A stretch of 64,000 nt of DNA. Origin: Gracilinanus agilis. Its lineage: Eukaryota. The stretch covers positions 485,677,229 through 485,741,228 of the forward strand of contig NC_058131.1 of NCBI RefSeq assembly GCF_016433145.1, written 5' to 3'. The notes beneath the pieces are model-generated. The model was given only the letters and a program-made list of their open reading frames with translations, did no database searches and was not told the DNA's origin. Positions 61,595 to 64,000 of this stretch are shown in pieces (positions within the stretch are counted from its first letter, which is position 1; each line of letters begins with the position of its first letter). A program made the translations under genes and the position numbers.

Positions 61595-62957
61595 GAGGAT
61601 GGATATTTTTTGACTTTGAAAATACTTATTAATGTCCCATCCTAGTGGCTATGAATTTCCAACTTCTCTCTCACTCTTGCCACTATAGACAAAAATATGT
61701 TCATGTGGCTTACTGTCTCTGCCTCTCACTGACACCCACAGGACCATAGATTTAGAATTGGAAAGAACCTTAGAGATTATTTATTTTGATCTCCTGGCTT
61801 CATAGGTGAGGAAAAAGAGTTTCTGAGAGGTGGAGATACTTGTCCAAGTTTACATGGGTAAAGTCATATTTGAACTCAGGTTTCCTGTCTCTAAATCTAG
61901 CCTGCTTTCTACTGTACTGCCTTCTTCCTTAGTATGATTTGGTGCCAGCCATAGCCTCATTCCTTTCTGTATGCTGTGTTACCTTGACTAGGAAGAAAGG
62001 TTTGTTTTATTACAATAGTGTCTTATGATGTATGTATGTGGGTGGGTCTTCTGTGTGTGAATTTTCATGCCTATGTAATCTCGTGGAAGTGAGATCCATG
62101 TTCCCTACCTTCTACCTCTGCCCCAACAAACACCAGTTTAAAGTATAAGCATGCCCAAAGAAGCAAAATATGTTTAAAAGTTCTGAACTTTGAAGGGAAA
62201 TTCGGATTTATTAATTCAATATTTGAATGCTCTGAAAGATCAATGATTTCACCAGTGTATTTAATCACTCCTCCAATGCAGATGAACATCTCCACTCAGT
62301 GTATGATCTTCCTAAATAGTCATTTCTTTTTAAAAAAGTCATTACCAGTTGCCAAACTTCTAATGATGAGCCTTTCTATACTTGGCTAGGTCGTTTGCCC
62401 AACCGCAGACAATTAATCCGCAATCATTTATTAAATGATGACTATTTGCCAGGCACAGAGAATACAAATCCAAAGAATGAAAGACTTCCTAATTTCAAAG
62501 AGCTCCCATATATCAGAGTTGACAAGCAGATATAAGCATATGCTGAATAAGTTGAAAGGGAACAAATGCAAACCAACATGAAGTAGTTAAATATAAAAAT
62601 GTTAGGAAAGGAGGGCCCTAGCAGAAGGGATCAAGAAAAGCTTCATGGAGAAAGTGGTGCTTGGATCCCATATTGAAGGAAGAGAGGGAATATGCGATGG
62701 AGAAATGAGGAAGAAGTATATACCAGACAGGGGAGCTGGTCAGTGTAAAGTCAGGGAGATGGGAGAGAGAGTGTTATACAGTTTGAGGAACAGAGAGAAG
62801 TCGAGTTTGGGTGGGTCATAAAATTCTGGAAGAAGAATAATTTATAATGTGTTTGGAAGGATAAATTGTGGTCAAATTTTAGAAGGCTATAAAAACTCAA
62901 CAATGGAGAGAGGAATGGCAAACCACTCCAATATCTCTGTCAAGAAAACCCCAAATA

Positions 62958-63169
62958 GGGGGCAGCTGGGTCACTCAGTAGACTGAGAACCAGGCCTAGA
63001 GATGGGAGGCCCTACCTTCAAATCTGGCATCAAATACTTCCTGGCTGTGTGACCCTGTGCAAGCAAGTCACTTAACCTCCATTGTTTAGCCCTTACCACT
63101 CTTCTGCCTTGGAACCAATACACAGTATTGATTCTAAGGTGGAAGGTAAGGGTTAAACAAAAAAAAAAA
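62958..63169 (+). mobile_element. SINE1_Mdo inserted into a MAR1 (about 62900-63235)
   Basis: 15-bp TSD AAGAAAACCCCAAAT at 62942-62956 and 63170-63184. Confidence 0.9.
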
Positions 63170-63435
63170 AAGAAAACCCCAAATGGGCTCACAGAGAATC
63201 AGATATGACTGAAAAAATGACTGAACAAAACAAAAACACTAAATGAAGGAATTTATATTTTGTTCTAGAGAAAATAGGGAGCCACTGGAATTTATTAAAT
63301 AGGGGAATGACATGATCAGATTTGCATTTAGGGAAAATAACTTGTAGTAGTATGGAGACTTAATTGGAGCCAGTGAGATTGAGACAGGGACTTGGAGTAT
63401 TAGGCCATACAGGAGTCTAGGCCAGAGGGCCAACT

Positions 63436-63628
63436 AGGGGGCTCAGTGGATGGAAAGCCAGAGGTTCAGAGATGGGAGGTCCTGAGTTCAAATTTGGACC
63501 CCAAAACTTCCTAGTTGTGTGACCCTGTTCAAGTTACTTAACCCCAATTGCCTATCCCTTACCACTGCCTTGGAACTAATACTTAGTATTGATTCTAAGA
63601 CAGAAGGTAAGGGTTTAAAAAAAAAAAG
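63436..63628 (+). mobile_element. SINE1_Mdo-like SINE
   Basis: Family motifs with A tail. Confidence 0.8.
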
Positions 63629-64000
63629 GTATAGACCAGAGGTGATAAAAGCTTAAACTAAGGTAGTAGCTATATAAGTAGAGAAGAAAGATTGGAGGCC
63701 AGAAATGTTTTAGAGGTAAAAATGGCAAGACTTGACAACCGATTGTATATATTAGGTGGGACAGGAGAAGCTGAGAATCACACCAAATTTATAAATGTGG
63801 AATATTAGAAGAAATTTCCCAGAAATAGTAAAATTTTGAAGAGGTGTGGATTTGGGAAGGAGAGATAAGTTCTCTTTTGGACCATTTGAGTTTGGTATGC
63901 CCTGACACAACCAACTCGTTTTTGAGTTAGGCCATCATTTTGTGATGAAATTTTTTTATGTTAATTTTTAAATATTAAGATAAGCTTCTATATGGTATAT

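Larger units (their letters stand above)
1..64000 (+). other. NRXN3: Internal, mostly intronic part of the neurexin-3-alpha transcription unit spanning splice site 1
   Basis: Three ordered AG..GT phase-1 microexons join to DVSQSPGLSHLMMSEQGRSK, matching the recalled NRXN3 SS1 insert (paralogous NRXN1 insert EGLAHLMMGDQGKSK). No larger exons seen. Confidence 0.93.

Noticed and set aside
490-63433. All ORFs of the six-frame track as protein-coding genes
   Set aside because: All are under 120 aa, of low complexity or derived from SINE/LINE sequence or N runs. Only two overlap real coding sequence, as the embedded microexons.
79-63628. tRNA genes suggested by A/B-box-like SINE heads
   Set aside because: Each continues into SINE body and tail; no standalone cloverleaf.
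1-64000. CpG-island promoter (alpha or beta NRXN3 start)
   Set aside because: No GC/CpG-rich island anywhere in the window.

Overview
AT-rich, CpG-poor, repeat-dense mammalian DNA. The repeat content (SINE1_Mdo-like tRNA-derived SINEs, MAR1/MIR CORE-SINEs, L1/L2/CR1 remnants, hAT MITEs) points to a didelphid marsupial, most likely the opossum Monodelphis domestica; this is inferred from recalled repeat consensus sequences, not from a database search. No ORF in the supplied track looks like a real gene. The window is almost entirely intron of neurexin-3-alpha (NRXN3, + strand). It contains three tiny phase-1 coding exons (18, 30 and 12 nt at 2698-2715, 23887-23916 and 26971-26982) that splice to DVSQSP-GLSHLMMSEQ-GRSK, the NRXN3 splice-site-1 (SS1) insert between EGF1 and LNS2. 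The flanking constitutive exons lie outside the window. Most interesting observations: (1) a shared cis-architecture in front of all three microexons, with a (UG)n run and a long AG-free pyrimidine tract; (2) three in-frame donor-like hexamers at the 12-nt exon, suggesting 0/6/12-nt or recursive splicing; (3) several candidate poison or cryptic exons; (4) a tail-less internal L1 RT fragment inside a 7SL retrocopy; (5) a hAT MITE nested in a young SINE. I see no evidence for a wholly new gene system. The best novelty candidates concern splicing regulation and need RNA data. Boundaries of old repeats are approximate (read by eye).
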